From assembly GCA_046563655.1 (NCBI GenBank), contig CM102287.1, positions 5,394,001 through 5,458,000 of the forward strand: a stretch of DNA of 64,000 bases. Reading direction: 5' to 3'. The stretch comes from Yuukianura sp. NJ FZ-2021. Taxonomy: Eukaryota. The position numbers were made by a program, and so were the translations under genes. Position 1 is the stretch's first letter; each line of letters opens with the position of its first letter. Below the pieces are notes generated by a model. It was not told where the DNA came from and searched no databases. It saw nothing but the letters and a program-made list of their open reading frames with translations. Of the stretch, positions 61,986 through 64,000 are shown piece after piece.

Positions 61986-64000
61986 CTAACAAAACCTTAT
62001 TGGTATTTTTTAAAAATTTCGAGTTTTGAATCAAAAAATATTTTATTTTGTTACTAAAGTTTCATTTTGATTTACACTTAAACTTAACAAATGTCAATTC
62101 TAACTCGAATTCTAACTAGAAAAAAACTCAACTTCGAATTCCGAATCTCACTGTGCACCTCAAGCATTCTCAAAACCTCACGAATTTCACTTTTTGAAAA
62201 ACTTTTTTCGTACTCTCGTGTATCGCAATTTCGGAATCTCAGTTTTAAGTTAAGTTTTAATTAAAACTTAAATATTAAGATCAATCCATAATACGTAAAT
62301 GCACTGGCTAACGATCCCTTTCAACTCTTGACTGATTATTTATATAAAAATAAATTTCAATGAATTAAATTATTATAATTGTGCTCAAAATAATAATGAG
62401 GAAGAACTCATTTCCTCTCCTGTCATAATTTCAGTTTTAATAACACCTTGAGGATTTCAAGAAACGCAGGATTTGTGTGCCTAACTGAACCATACTATTG
62501 TTAATTAACCTTAACCTAACCTTACTGAAGGATATACAGGCATAACCTAACAAAAGCGGGGAAACAGCGTAGCCTAACTTCCTTCTGAGATGAGTTTCCT
62601 GCTCTTATGGCCTCTTTCATGTCTCTCTAATAAGAAAAAAGTAATCATGAGGGGGCATAAAAATCTCGTAACGAAAACATTTTAGAGCAGAAAAAATATA
62701 AAATGAAGAAGAAACAAGGGATTTGGAGATGCGGTTGTGTGGGGGCGATAGGGTTAGGTTATGTTAGGCTAACCTAAAAGGTTATGGTTTGCCCGGGAGA
62801 AAGTACACAAAAAGTTTTTTCGGATTCCTAATAAATTGGAAAAAGTAAAAAAAACGAAACGAGGATTTGTTATTCCTAGTTTCTGTTTTGTTGCTTCTTC
62901 GGTTAGGTTGGCGCACTTTCTCTTTTTAGGAGAAGCTACGACCGGGGGGATGAGGAAAACTGTAACTAATTCCAGGGTCGTATTGCATAAATACCGGGTC
63001 GTAAACTTCGTCCTCCGAAAAAGTTATTGTTCCGTATCGAAATTTTTTCCCGCGTTTTCTCTAAAGACGAACTTTCACCTAAAACGTAACAGGAAACGTT
63101 CATAACCCAAGCATAACCTTATAGTAAAATTTCTCCTATTTCGAGGAAAAAATATTCATTGCGTTTCTGACTTTTATGACATTTGCACAGAGATTAAGTA
63201 CGAAGATTAGATTATTTTTTAAGTGTTCACGTTAGGTTAAGGTTAGGCTAACAATATGTGATTAGTATTCAGGAGAATTTGTGATTATTTTTCCACGAAA
63301 CCATTTTTTGTTTTCTTCCAACATCATTTTTTCGTGAAGATTGTTCAACTTGCATTAACTTGGTTTAGGTTTAGGGTTAAACCTTTTCCTAATGGAAATT
63401 AAGCACTTTTCTAAGTATAATCGAATCTCGTCGGTGCTTCTGGGGAAAGTAGGGGGAGCAGGATTACATTTGCGGTTGTTGCGACAGTAGGAAGTGAAAG
63501 TGCTTCTGGAGATTCAATTTTAGTTTAATATTATCGTATCATGCGTATCTCCGCAACGCATCTCAAATTTCTCCCCTCTCTAGGTTTTATGTTAGGGTTA
63601 AGTTAAGGTTAGTGTAATATGCTCATATTAAACTTTTATGATTAGTGGGACGGAGGGAGTAACTATAATTTCATCCAAGACATTGTTATGTTGTAGTGGT
63701 TACAAGAGGTCCATAATCCAGGATGCACTTAGGAACTCTGCTTTCTCCGAAATCTAAATTATAATTTCAAATTGGAATTGAAGTGGATTTGTTCCTGGAA
63801 TTTGGAGAGGACTAATCTTTCCTATCTTTTCTCATTCCTCCTGTCACCCTCAATTGTTTTGTTTGGATTTCCAAGTTTAAGCTTCAAACGTTAAAGTGGA
63901 AACTAGTTTAGTAGTAACATTAAAGAAAAGAAGAGCCAGAGTGACATGAAAACGGAAAAGGGAATAAGGTTTTGAAGTTCAAGTATCTTTTGAGGTTGTG

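Noticed and set aside
62500..63615. True telomere or interstitial telomeric array
   Set aside because: The motifs are scattered, degenerate and in mixed orientation, with no long (TTAGG)n run.

Overview
This is eukaryotic, AT-rich, intron-dense arthropod DNA; short 55-100 nt GT-AG introns and the gene set suggest a basal hexapod such as a springtail (inference). The left 28 kb is gene-dense: the 5' part of a Nup43-like WD40 gene (-), a complete ~17-exon vitellogenin (+), a TRPA-family channel with few ankyrin repeats (+), SFT2 (-) head-to-head with Polycomb esc/EED (+), ASK1/MAP3K5-15 (+), an RR-1 cuticle protein (-) and an orphan secreted coiled-coil protein (+). The right part is gene-poor. 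It holds an Ac/Ds-like hAT MITE just upstream of an intronless Cys-rich secreted protein, two tandem small 4-TM paralogues and an intron-containing Toll-6-like receptor. The most notable signal is at the Toll stop codon: TGA is followed by the leaky-stop context CAA-CTA (CARYYA), a predicted downstream stem and a 59-codon in-frame extension. This makes it a strong candidate for programmed stop-codon readthrough. Exon boundaries were read by eye and no database searches were run.
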